Assembly: GCA_964016885.1 (NCBI GenBank)
Contig: OZ024748.1
Coordinates: 6,572,001-6,636,000, forward strand
DNA length: 64,000 bases
From: Eledone cirrhosa
Lineage: Eukaryota
Direction of reading: 5' to 3'
Shown here: one piece after another, positions 14,117 through 26,791 of the stretch
Layout: every line of letters starts with the position of its first letter
How positions within the stretch are numbered: position 1 is the stretch's first letter
Notes under the pieces: model-generated
The model's database searches: none
The model's input: the letters and a program-made list of their open reading frames with translations, nothing else
Told to the model about the DNA's origin: nothing
Made by a program: the position numbers and the translations under genes

Positions 14117-14309
14117 ATAGGAAAAAGTATGACCCCGACGGCAGAGCTCAAGCCGTTTCGACGGCTATTTCAGTCCAGAAATAGCTGTCGAAACGGCTTG
14201 AGCTCTGCCGTCGGGGTCATATTTTTTCCTATTTCCCACTCTACTACCCTAAGTATTGAGTACTCTGGTGCGTTATGGTCCATCTGGTTCCTTACCACAA
14301 CTCCTTTGT

Positions 14310-14310
<1 letters not shown>
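14117..14310 (+). mobile_element. Family C palindromic element (half-hammerhead fold-back plus tail)
   Basis: 55-bp inverted arms (14117-14171 / 14178-14232). The right arm reads stem II-GAAA-CGGC..GCCG-TC-GGGGTCATA. Tail hairpin ACTC-TACT-ACCCTA-AGTA-TT-GAGT-ACT at 14238-14264. Copies at 18333, 40078, 4441 and 60889. Confidence 0.8.
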
Positions 14311-14349
<39 letters not shown>

Positions 14350-14362
14350 ATATATATATAAT

Positions 14363-14557
14363 ATAAGATCAAAAGATGGTTAAAGGAGTTCCATGTATTT
14401 TATTATGCGCATTTCAAAAACAAACATCATCATGCAATAATATTGTGTTTTCATCAGATAAAATACAGATTGCATACTCCAGTCCTACAAACTGTAGAGT
14501 GCTTCTTATCCGATATCTGCATTGCTTTATTGTACTACAATAAAACTCACCTCCTAC

Positions 14558-14558
<1 letters not shown>
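14363..14558 (+). mobile_element. Family A element, 5'-inverted copy
   Basis: Inverted hammerhead segment joined directly to the family A tail (ACTC at 14476). Highly similar to 3251-3610. Flanked by (TA)n. Confidence 0.8.
14394..14467 (-). ncRNA. Type I hammerhead ribozyme, apparently intact (family A)
   Basis: Minus strand: TGTATTTTAT-CTGATGA-stem II-GAAA-TGCGCA-TA^ATAAAATACA. Perfect 10-bp stem I and palindromic stem III (ATGCGCAT). Predicted cut between 14404 and 14403. Confidence 0.85.
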
Positions 14559-14620
<62 letters not shown>

Positions 14621-16177
14621 GGGGGAGAGAGAGAGGTAGAGAGAGAGAGAGAAATAGTAAGAGTGACTGTAAAAATGGAACAGTCTAGAAGTAAAAGAGG
14701 AGTGAAAGGTTATATGTTGTGTGAGCCGCTGTTAGTGTGACATCTGTCCCAATGATAGTTCATTGCAGTTATTTACAACTTTCACCATAAATTCTGGAAC
14801 CTATTGCTAACTACATATTGTCTCTCCCTCTCACTCTCTCCCTCTCTGTCTTTCTCTCTTTCCTGTCCTCTGCTTCTCCCCCCCCCCTCCTCCTTCTCTC
14901 TCTCTCTCGCTCTCTCTCTTTCTCTCATCCCCGTTCTCTGGCGGTCCCCCCCCACTCTCTATCTCTCTATATCTTTCTTTGCTTCTCACTCTCTCTCTCT
15001 CTCTCTGTCTCTCTCCCTAACTCTCTGTCTCTCTGTCCCGTCCCCTGGTTGCCCCTCTCTCTCTTCATCATACACTCTCTCTCTCTCTGTCACTCTCTTA
15101 GCTATTGTTTATTTCCATTGTTTGAAGATCTTGCCGTAGCACTGACATTTGAATTTCAATCGAGAACAGAAACTAAAAATTAAAAAAAAAAGGTAGTTTA
15201 AAAAAAATCAAAAAAAAAATCAGAACAGAAACACAAGTACCATCATCAACAACAATGTCAAAATTATCACAACCAGCATCATTATCAAAGCCTGGACCAA
15301 CAACAACATCAACAACACCACCACCTTCACCTTCACCACCACACCTTCACCACATCACCACACCACCACCACCACCACCACCACTATCAACACCATCACC
15401 ACAACCACCACCACCACCACCACTATCACCACCATCACCACCACCAACAACACGACCAACAACAATAACATCCCGAGTACCACCACAAACAGTAACAACA
15501 ACCAACTCGTCCTTAACGCCTTCTCCCAATAACACAAACAACATCACCACGTCTTATTATCAATAAACCACCACCAACGACACCATTGTTTGCAATAAAA
15601 AAACAACAAAAAAAAACCATATTAAGGGAGAAAGTGAACGAGGAAGGGTTGTGTAGAGGGCAGGTGCTAGACTTTAGTTCCGGCGTTATATGTCAACTGC
15701 AACCCACGTACAAAATGTCGAAATAATTGCCTCAGATTAGAGAGAGCAATATCCGAGTTCGTTAGGCGGTTGGCACAAAAAGGAAACGGTCGTTCATGAT
15801 TTGAAAGCAGTGCCCAGCCCAGTGACCGGACCGTAGACACAAGCTTAGAGGTAGAGAATGTGTCGAAGCACGCCATACCTCAGATTAAAGGTGCCTATGT
15901 ATTCCAGAGCATAGTTAATACTTGAGAAAATATAAAATGGTCATGGTGGGTTTATTGTACCAAATGCATAAGTTTGACAAGTTCTTGCTAGCGATCTCAG
16001 TATGGAAAAGTATACGGGTGTATGGTGCGATCTAGAGGCCCGGATACAACTCTATATGTGACCAGAGTACACCACAAGGGGCAGACAAGTATTGCAATAA
16101 AAACAGAACTATCATCAGAGGACCAAACGAAGTATAGGATGGGGGGACTTTTTATGTAGTTCAATAACTTATTAAAG

Positions 16178-16397
16178 ATAATGATGATAACGACGACGAC
16201 AATGGGATGATGTTGATGAAGCTGATGATGATGACGATGAGGATGATGATGACGACGATGATGATGCTGATGATGATGATGTTGTTGTTGATGATGATGC
16301 TGATAACGATGCTGACGATGATGATGATGGTGATGATGATGATGACGATGACAACGATGACAACGATGACGACGATGATGATAATGATGATGATGAT
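16178..16397. repeat. Imperfect (GAT/GAC)n microsatellite
   Basis: Seen directly. Confidence 0.9.
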
Positions 16398-16613
16398 TTT
16401 GATATGGATTCCCAGTCGGATTCGTTGATAAGTATTCAGTCGTTCCAGCAATGGAGCTTCCAACCAGAGTAAATAACATACAATTCACTATTACACAGAC
16501 ACGAGTACCATTTACTTTATAGTCAAGTCGTGAATGCTTAAGATGGAGCCGACTCCGCTGAAGTCAGGTCGTAGTGTTAACCGGGTCTGGATAGAATCTC
16601 CCATCCACGCGTC

Positions 16614-16675
<62 letters not shown>

Positions 16676-16822
16676 ATTTGTGTTTATATTTATGGGACTT
16701 CTACATGGAGAGAGAATGTGTGTGAATGAAAAACTACGAGCTACTAGACACCATAACTTTTCTTTTGTTGGCATTGGACATGAGAAGTTAGTTCATTCAG
16801 TTGGCGTTCTATTGAAATATTG

Positions 16823-16900
<78 letters not shown>

Positions 16901-17204
16901 TCACCAGAACAATCGGAAGTATATATTGCAGTTTGGTAAGATTAAGAAGCCGAAACAACAAAAATATCCTCAATAATAAACAAACGAAAAAAAATAACTT
17001 TCAAAGTAAAATAAAACAAAACAAAGAGGAAAATACAAGAAAAAATTCGATTAACAAAGAAAGGAAAGAAAAAAAAATTAACACAAGGGAGGAAAGAAAA
17101 GAAATAAAAAACAACTAAAATTTGGAATAATTATTTGCTTGCTAGTCGGTCAGTCTGGTGGATTGTCCGTTGTTCCAGTGGTTCGGACATTCCATTCTGT
17201 AGAG

Positions 17205-17288
<84 letters not shown>

Positions 17289-17375
17289 GAGAGACAGTAA
17301 TAAAGAGAGAAGAGAGAGAGAGAGTGTGTGTGTTTGTGTCTGAGTGAGAGAGAGAGAGTGTGTGTGTTTGTGTGT

Positions 17376-17416
<41 letters not shown>

Positions 17417-17811
17417 GTAGCGAGAGGCAGTAATAAAGAGAGAAGTAGAAGAAGACAAAGAGAGTGAGAGTGTGTGTGTTTAAGAAAGAGAGAGTGAGAA
17501 AGAGAGAGTGAGAAAGAGAGAGAGAGAGAAAGAGAAAGAGAAAGAGAGAGAGGTCGTGAGAGACAGTAATAAAGAGAGAAGAAGAGAGAAAGAGAGAGAA
17601 TGTTTAGTCGCTGATAATGAAGTAACGTCAACACATGAGACTGTGGAATAAGCAGAAATTATTTACCATTGTCTGCTATAAATCTTTCCAAGAGAGCAAA
17701 ACTTCCAAACACAACTGAAAAGCTAGCAAATCGTACTTTTCGCCCATCACATTTATCATCAATTTCCATTGGTAATAATGGGAAGTAATAGAAATTCACG
17801 AGCGTCCTTAC

Positions 17812-17936
<125 letters not shown>

Positions 17937-18053
17937 CTCTCTCTCTCTCTCTCTCTCTTTACCCATTCCCATCCACTATCTTCGATTTAACAGTCACCTT
18001 ACCCAAAAGAATGCTAAACAATAAAGTTCTTGACAATAGAGTTTAAGAATATA

Positions 18054-18149
<96 letters not shown>

Positions 18150-18150
18150 C

Positions 18151-18252
<102 letters not shown>

Positions 18253-18260
18253 GTAATAAT

Positions 18261-18440
18261 AATTTTGAAGACTAAAATCCAAAGAGGGCTCGATAAGGAT
18301 AAATATATATCAAATATATAAGAACCGTAGAGAAAATATGACCCCGACGGCAGAGCTGAAGCCGTTTCGACGGCTATTTTTGGACTGAAATAGCCGTCGA
18401 AACGGTATGAGCTCTGCCGTCGGGGTCATACTTTCTCCTA
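18261..18440 (-). mobile_element. Chimeric element: family C palindrome fused to family F tail
   Basis: 18333-18440 matches the family C palindrome. 18261-18332 matches the family F tail (compare 22028-22100). Confidence 0.7.
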
Positions 18441-18614
18441 TATATATATATACATACATATATATATGTTTATACATATATATTGTATGTGTGGGTGCAT
18501 GTGCGTGTTTGTAAGTGTGCGTGTGTGTCAGTGTGTACATATCAGATTAAAGGATAGAGAGGCCGAGAATAGAAAGTGGATAAAAAATAAAGTACATATA
18601 TTATATATAGATGA

Positions 18615-18802
18615 GGGCGGTGGATTGGCAGTATCGGTAGAGGGTCGGACGCCATGCTTTCCAGCATAGTTACGTCCCTTTACGATCTGAGTTCAAATCC
18701 CGCCGAGGTTGACTTTGCCTTTCATCCTTACGGGGTCGATAAAATAAAGTACCAGTAATGCACTGGGTAATTGCTGGCCTTGTGCCTAAAGTAGAAACAA
18801 TT
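18615..18802 (+). mobile_element. tRNA-derived SINE family 1, full length
   Basis: A-box-like TGGCAGTATCGG and B-box-like GAGTTCAAATCC. Body GACTTTGCCTTTCATCCTTACGGGGTCGATAAAATAAAGTACCAGT. 3' end GCTGGCCTTGTGCCTAAAGTAGAAACAATT. More than 10 copies in the window. Confidence 0.9.
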
Positions 18803-18847
18803 ATATATAAATGAAAACTAAAAAAAATATAGTTTCACACACACATA

Positions 18848-18905
<58 letters not shown>

Positions 18906-18939
18906 GCTCTCTCTCTCTCTCTTTCTCTAGCTCTCTCTC

Positions 18940-18978
<39 letters not shown>

Positions 18979-21768
18979 GTATATATATAATTACACATAT
19001 ATTCATATAAATACACACATACACACACACACATACACAGACACATGTATATATATATTTGTGGTGGTCTGCTCTTTGCAGAGCTTCACCTTGTACCTAT
19101 AATTGCTTTTTTCTAATGTTATATCTGGAATGACTTTTGAGCCTTGAAATGTCTTTGCACAGCTGACCACCAATACTGTATCAATATTTCCTATCAGCAT
19201 TGGCAGCATTTTCTGTCTCCTTCGTATGATTATTCAAGTGATGCTTTAATCCTCCACGGGAGTTTTGAGAAATATGGTATGGAAACTGGTCATCCGGAAA
19301 TAAATTCAAACATTTCACTTGTGTCTTACCTGCATGAACGCGTTGGTGCGATCTGAGACCAGCCTAATATAGGCATACATTTCTCAATAAGGAACTTATG
19401 AAGAAATTATGAGAATCACTCCGACCTCTATTGATATTGATCTTTTATTTACGTACTTCCCTTTTCCTTTCAATCTGTTTAATTATATCAAGCTCAAAAT
19501 ATATAATATCGCTCCAAATCGAAGTTCACCAGGGTTTTCTATCTACTGCCAATCCACCAACCTATTGATAATATAATGTAATGTATAATGTACACTAATT
19601 CTTGGTAGTGATCCATCGAGAGTGAGCTCTGGTTGTTTTCCTTTTTTCTTTATATTATAAAACTTGATCAGGATTTTTATGTTAGATAGGTTTACCGTGA
19701 CAACTCCTTTCCCCAGAACTCTGTGGTCGCATGAACATTCCTGAACTTGGACAATGTGGCTCATGATGATTATTGAACATGAGAGGCAGTGTTTTCCCGT
19801 GACATCTCATGTAATTAGTAAAATGTAGGGCAATGACAAATGCTGTGCTTGGGGCAGTGTTGGGCCATAACAAATGCTGAATATGAGAGGCAGTGTGTTG
19901 CTGTTTCGAACAGTATGAAGCAATGGAATGTGCTGGGGCATTGTTGTTCCAGGATAACTGCTGATTTTGGGACAGTGTGTTGCTGTGAAATCAAATGTAA
20001 TTGTCACAGCTTGTGGTTGTGGAAATACTGAATTTGGGAAGACACTGAAGTCTACTGCTGTTCGTAGGACCCCGTGCGGGCCTCGAAAGCTGCTGTTCTT
20101 ATGACAGTGTGGTGAAGTGACAGTTAATGTATTTAGAACTGTATGAGGCCATGCCAACTGTTGTAGTTGAGGGAGTGTGGTGCTATTAAAATAGCGGAAC
20201 CTGGAAACGTTTGGTGCCCTGAAAAACGGCATAATCCCAACACAATTGATGGAATGTCTAACTTCGTTCCCATTATAAATCCCCTTGTATGTTGCATCGA
20301 CGTTAAATTGGTAACAATTGGTGAAAATCAAGACAAATTATTCGGAGGGCATAGACATTATAACACTTTTGAATATAAACAGTTTCAAATGTCTCAAACA
20401 TCTAAACAACAAACCAGCGAAACAGAAAGCGAAACAATCATCCAAGTATAACATCTTTACAATCTTACCTTATCATGCCAACAACAACAACAACAACAAC
20501 AACAGTACCAGCTATAAGAAATACATAAAAAGTAAAACACAAGCAACAAGAAACTTCTCTAGTACGAATTCTTATCTAAATTACACAAATGCACTAAATA
20601 TACTCTCTTAACATAACATAATTGGTCTCAATGTCCTGACTTAAAGAGAATCTAACGTAAGAGAAGAAAGAGAGAGAGAGGAGGAAATGAATAATAATGA
20701 TAATAATGACAAGAACAATAATAAAAATAATAAAAATAATAATAATAGGAAAGATAATAATAAATCATTAAAAAAAGCAAGGCTCATGAAAGAAACGGAG
20801 AGAAAAAGCAATTGAAACAAAACTAAACAGAAAAAGGATCAGCACCAATATCAACACCAACAACAATTACCACCACCACCACCTCCACCTCCACCAACAC
20901 CACCACCATTACCACTAACACTACCACCACCGACCCATCACTAACTCCTCCACCACCTCCACCACTACCACCAACACCACCATCACCACTAGCTAAAAAA
21001 CAACAAGGAAAATAAAACAAACAAAAAAACTACTATAAAAAACAGCAAAAACAATCAACGATAATTAATTCTTCGGAGATGGGCGGAGAACGTTGGTTAT
21101 ATTTTGTGTGTCTTGGCTGCCTTACCACATAATTGCTGCGGAGTTGTACGGAAAACCACGAAGTCTGCCGACTATGTGCAAAGTTATTGTTTTTGTTGTT
21201 GGTGTTGTTGTTACTATTGTTGTTATTGTTGTTATTTTCGTGGCGAGGAAATGATACGCCTTTGCATATTTCACTCATGTATGATATCACTGCTAGATTA
21301 CTATCATGGGTGGTAGCTCATACAAATGAGGTAGATTTAGTTAACGTCTTCCTCTGCATGAGGTTAAAATAACAATAGTAGATACAACAATAACAACAAC
21401 AACAACAGCAACAACAAGAGCAATAAAGACAACAAAAACTGCGGCAACAACAACAAACAAAGTTTTTCTTCCTGCTTCAGTGAAGAGTATATTTTTGGCA
21501 AACGTAAGCAAGAAACATCAAAAGATACCGCAACATATTTGGCCAGACTGTAGCAATTTTTATTCCTTGCTTTAATGCTAATGAGCAAATAATAGCAAAT
21601 ACACCCCCCTCACCACACACACATACAGAACCACATAAACGCATACACACATTCCTCTTACATCCTTATTTTGTTTTAATTTTTTATCGCATCATCTTTA
21701 TGCCTAGTTCTCTTATTTCTTTTATCTTCACCAAACACTAGATCAATATATTGTATAAGTTATAGTCT

Positions 21769-21878
<110 letters not shown>

Positions 21879-21975
21879 TGAGTGAGAGAGAGTGCGTTTA
21901 TACAGACAATGATACAATATATACATATATATATATATATATACCGGATAAAAAATTGGGGCCTGACTGTATGTA

Positions 21976-22027
<52 letters not shown>

Positions 22028-22029
<2 letters not shown>

Positions 22030-22190
22030 TTGAAGACTCAAATCCAAAGAGGGCTCGATAAGGATAAATATATATCAAATATATAAGAACCGTAGAGCAA
22101 ATATTTATTAAAATAACCGATTAAAGTTTAAGCAAAGAATTGCTGCTTTCACCCTTAACGGGATCGTCTGAAACTAAAAAAAGTCAATCT
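22028..22190 (-). mobile_element. Hammerhead-bearing element, family F
   Basis: Minus strand: hammerhead at 22125-22175, followed by tail hairpin GCTC-TACGG..CCTTA-TC-GAGC-CCT (22050-22098), ending in (TTA)n/(TA)n. Confidence 0.75.
22125..22175 (-). ncRNA. Type I hammerhead motif with U4->A change (family F)
   Basis: AGTTT-CAGACGA-TCCC-GTTAA-GGGT-GAAA-GCA..TGC-TT-AAACT. All three stems can form. The core reads CAGACGA instead of CTGACGA, so this copy is probably inactive. Confidence 0.65.
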
Positions 22191-22252
22191 GTGAACGCAG
22201 AAGTAAATATTTCGGTAACGTTGCAACCGAAGGAAGACAGGAAGACGATACT

Positions 22253-22536
22253 TTGGTTCGTGGAAAAGTTCCCTGACAAAAAACGGATAAAGACAAAGAT
22301 AATACGTCATAATTTGGAGCGGTGAAAACAATTACACGCAAAAACAAAACCACGTTTATAGTATAACTTCAATCGTAGACTAAAATTCTATTAGGTGGTT
22401 CGTGGAGACGTTCTCTGGCAATGAACGGAAAAAACGAAGATAATACGTCATTATGTGGAGCGTTGAGAACAATTACACGCAAAGACCAAACCACGTATAT
22501 GGTATAACTGAAGTCGTAGACTAAAATTCTATTAGG
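22253..22536. repeat. Tandem duplication, ~143-bp unit, two copies
   Basis: TGGTTCGTGGA..GATAATACGTCAT..ACAATTACACGCAAA..CGTAGACTAAAATTCTATTAGG occurs twice. Confidence 0.85.
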
Positions 22537-22742
22537 AAACCGAATGGTTCTCGGCTTCAGAGTTAACAATAAAGGAAATAAATTACAGAGGTAATTGAAA
22601 TTAAATATATACATGCACGCAACCATATACGTACATACACAAGCATACGCGAAAACACCTGCAATGGGTATGCCAATACAAGCACGTACACAAAAAAAAG
22701 AAACACACGCACGCACATATTTATATATATATATAGTAATAA

Positions 22743-22846
22743 TAATTGTTTCTACTTTTGGCACAAGGCCAGCAAATACTCAGTGTATTACTGGTATTTT
22801 ATTTTATCGACCCCGTAAGAATTAAAAGGCAAAGTTAACTTCGGCG
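22743..22846 (-). mobile_element. SINE family 1, 5'-truncated
   Basis: Reverse complement of the consensus 3' half. Confidence 0.85.
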
Positions 22847-22852
22847 TAATAA

Positions 22853-22945
22853 TAATAAATGTGAAAACTAAAATCCGAAGATGGCTCGATAAGAATAATA
22901 TATATATCAAATATATAAAAACCATAAAATAAATATTTATTAATT
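22853..22945 (-). mobile_element. Family F tail, diverged copy
   Basis: GTGAAAACTAAAATCCGAAGATGGCTCGATAAG..TATATCAAATATATAA aligns by eye with 22030-22110. Confidence 0.65.
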
Positions 22946-23411
22946 TCAACAGCTTGTTGTAACGGTAAGAGCTCATATATATAGGTATTGTCTAAGAATA
23001 TGTCAGTATGTCGTTTGTGTCAGGCATGCGTGTCTTAGTATGTTTGTGAGAATACAAGGTTCAATATATGTCTTGTGATTTCTTTCTATCTTAACTATAC
23101 ATTCTTGCAACTTTGATCCCCAGCCTGCAATTCTTGAATAAACAAGTGAAAAATATATCACAAACCAATGAAGACATCGTGTAGAAGCATTCTAAAGCAT
23201 TAGTTAAACGGTGAGCTTATATACATAAATATACACAAACACACAGACACGAATACAGACATATAGATATACATAACTATATATGTGTATGTACATATAT
23301 AGATATGTATAGCTATATGTCTGTATTCGTATATGTATTCGTCTATATGTATGTACATATATATATATATGTACATACACACACACACATATATAATATA
23401 TACACACATAT

Positions 23412-23461
<50 letters not shown>

Positions 23462-23832
23462 TAATAAAAATAATGAATAAAAACAAAGAAACAGTTCCTT
23501 ATATTAAAAAATTCATCATTTTACGATCGTTTCTAGGATATATATGTGTGTGTTGGTATGTATATCATATAGATCTATGTAAAATTTTTACAAACTATCA
23601 GAGGGAATATACATACCTACATATATATCCTATATATATATATATATATTAAAGCCAATCATTATAAGTTTGAATATAACTAACATACAAGAACATATAT
23701 ATAGGAATAAGGTAATCCCGAATCATAGTAGATTCAAATATCACAGAGTGAAAGAGAGAGCGATAGAGGGGGGTGGAGAATGGAGGTGGAACAGAAATGA
23801 AACATGGATTGCCGGTTAAAATGTAGTCTATA

Positions 23833-24437
23833 TTAATTAGAAACAAAATGAGGATGTAGTTTATGGAACATCCAAATGATTTAGAAGTCAACCTTAATAA
23901 TATTAAGAAAGATATGAACGACACCACAACACGTTGTTTTGAACATTTTAAAAGTAGGTTTATAAATTTAAATTTTCATAAGATTTTCGTAGTTTTCTCT
24001 GTGGCCTAGTGGTAGGTATTAGAGACGGTAGAGATCCTGGCCTTGGGTTCAATCCTGGTCAAGAGTAAGCTTTTTTTTTCAGTTTTTATTTTTACAATCC
24101 ATAGAAAAAAACTGAAAAGGTTTACTGGAAACTCTACTGACGACCAGGATCGAACTTCAGACCAAGACCACCACCGTCTATGATTCCTTCAACTCGGCCA
24201 CCGAGACAGCTACACAAGTATAATGAAAATTGATAACTATAAACCTACTTTCAAAATCAAAATTAAAAAGATGTGGTGTTGTTCATGGCTTTCCTAGAGC
24301 TATTAATAATATTTAGGGTCGACTTCTGGTCATTATTGAAAGTCTCTGGATTTCGCAAAATACATAATATTTTTTATTGGGGAATGTAATATATTTTTTC
24401 CGCAAAAATTTGATTGCACTGTTTTGTTTCTAGTTAT
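23833..24437. mobile_element. Old foldback element with tRNA-like segments in both arms
   Basis: Diverged inverted arms (AGAAGTCAACC..GAACGACACCACA..AAAGTAGGTTTATA versus their complements). A/B-box segments at 24001-24060 (+) and 24143-24200 (-). Confidence 0.55.
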
Positions 24438-25684
24438 GTATTTTTCGAAAATGTTATTTATTCATTACAACAATTAAATGATAGCATTCTATATGTAGTT
24501 GGGCCTCCCTTATCTCTTGGCAACCAATATTTTTAGACCTAGTCCAACACTGTATATATATATATATATATATGCAGTTCTGACCCATAGCAAGACATAT
24601 CTACTTCTATTTCAGTTCGTACCACCCACAAAAAGAAAGAAAGACCAAAAAATAACAACCAAAAATAGCAACAAAAAAGTATCGAAGAATGAAAAATTAA
24701 AGAATAACGCTTCTTAAAAAAGACATAATTGAAAGTAAAATGAAAATAAGCAAATATATAAATATCCACTAAAATATATGAAAATAACACTGTAGAAATA
24801 TATGTTGGGTGCTAGGCCCAGTCTTGAAACCTATCCTATGTTTATATAAGAACTAAGGAAGAAACGAAAGTTGGTATTAAAACCTAAATCAAACAAGCGA
24901 AACAGTCAGACATTTTTTGCTTTCCTCTTTTATGTATCTTTACCTACCTACCTACTTTGTTGTTGTTGTTGTTGTTGTTTTAGCATTGTTGTTGTTGTCT
25001 GTTTGTTTTCTTCTGTTTTTTTACAGCCTTGTTTTTGTTTTTGAAGTTTTTTGTTATTATTTGTAGTATTGTTGTTGTTTGTGAATTTGCTTTCCATTGC
25101 CTATTGTTGGTGTTGTTGGTGGTGTTGTTGTTATATGTTTGTATTATACTGGCTATTGTTGTTGTTGTTATGTTTGTAGTCTATTGGCTATTGTTGGTGT
25201 TGTTGTTGTTGTTTTTTTGTTTATTTTTTGTTTATTGTTTTGTATAGTTATGTTATTGTTTTTGAAGATTTCTTATGCCTATTTTTGTTATTGTTGTTGT
25301 TGGTGTTGTTTTAAAATTTGTTTTCAATTCCATACTCTTGTTATTGTTGTTGTTGCTGTTATATATTTGTTTACTTTTGTCTAATGTTGTATATAGTCTT
25401 GTTGTTGTTTATGAAGTTTTCTCAAACCTCTTGTTGTTGTTTGTTTTCTTTTCCAGTTCTATATAGACATGTTTGTTGTTGTTGTTTTGTTGTTGTTTCT
25501 TTCTCCATATTGTTTTCTTCAGATTTCTGTTGTTTTAGTTGTTTTCTAATTTTTTTCCAGTTTTACATATCTATGTTGTTGTTGTTGTTTTTCTTCTTTT
25601 TCTTCTTCTTTTGTATACTATTTTATATATATTGGCTTTTGTTTTTTGCTGTTGTTCTTTTTTCTCTCTTATTTTGCATACCAT

Positions 25685-25930
25685 TGTTGGTGGTGGTGTT
25701 GGTGTTGGTGTTAGTATTAGTGTTGATGTAGTTGTTGGTGGTGGTGGTGTTGGTGTTAGTATTAGTGTTGTTGTTGGTGCTGGTGGTGGTGTTGGTGTTG
25801 GTGTTTGTATTAGTATTGATGTAGTTGTTGGTGGTGGTGGTGTTGGTGTTAGTATTAGTGTTGTTGTTGGTGCTGGTGGTGGTGTTGGTGTTGGTGTTTG
25901 TATTAGTGTTGTTGTTGGTGGTGCTGGTGT
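25685..25930. repeat. GT-rich minisatellite
   Basis: Repeated GGTGTTGGTGTTAGTATTAGTGTTG.. units. Confidence 0.75.
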
Positions 25931-26505
25931 TGTTGTTTTTGAAGTTGTTGTTGGTGTTGTTGTTGGTGTTGTTGATGTTATTGTTGTTCTTGGTGGTCTG
26001 TTTAGTTTTATTTATTTTATATATCTTTGTTTTTATTGTATCTTATATTTCCTGTCTTCCATAGGTTTGTGGTATTTTTCTTTATCTCAATTATATATTT
26101 CTTCTAAACAGTTGTTTTAGATTTGTTTTTGGTTATATTTGTTGTTGTCTTTTTTCGTCTCATAATTCGTATATTTTCGTCCCCAACATTTTTATATTAT
26201 TTTTATTATAAATTCGTCCACTGTTTATAATTTTTCTTTGATTCTACTTTGCTTTTCTTTCTCACATCTCTATTTTCTTTATTCTCTTCCTTTAATTGTC
26301 ATTGCTTCTTGTAATCTATGTTATTTCCTCCCCTTTTAATTGTTTTTGTTTATTATTGAGTTATCACTTCTCATTTCTTATTATTCCTTATTTTTTTTTT
26401 AGAATTTTCGTTTATATTTTTTAGCCATCTGTTTGTGGCCATGTTAGGACATCGACATGAATTTATTGTAAAACATTTTCCCCTGTAAGCAAACACCCAC
26501 ACATA

Positions 26506-26590
<85 letters not shown>

Positions 26591-26654
26591 ACTCTATTTC
26601 GGTATTGAGTAACCTTTTCTCTCAGCCACCAACTAACTGCATACAGATATATAC

Positions 26655-26791
<137 letters not shown>

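Noticed and set aside
14117-14232. Palindromes as CRISPR repeats or rho-independent terminators
   Set aside because: Eukaryotic context and no repeat-spacer array. They are better explained as fold-back retroelement ends.
15660-15880. Locally CpG-richer unique stretch (similar ones at ~21070-21180 and ~41560-41670) as exon or promoter
   Set aside because: No supportable ORF, splice pattern or motif from sequence alone.
19807-20451. 174-aa and overlapping ORFs in non-microsatellite sequence
   Set aside because: No recognisable domain. The region has degenerate internal repeats (GTGCT.GGGCA..GT). It cannot be supported as coding without homology or RNA data.
21950-21972. TA-CAGTCAGGCCCC (minus), resembling a Tc1/mariner terminal repeat; similar TA-CAGTGTTGG at ~24545
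   Set aside because: No matching partner terminus was found.
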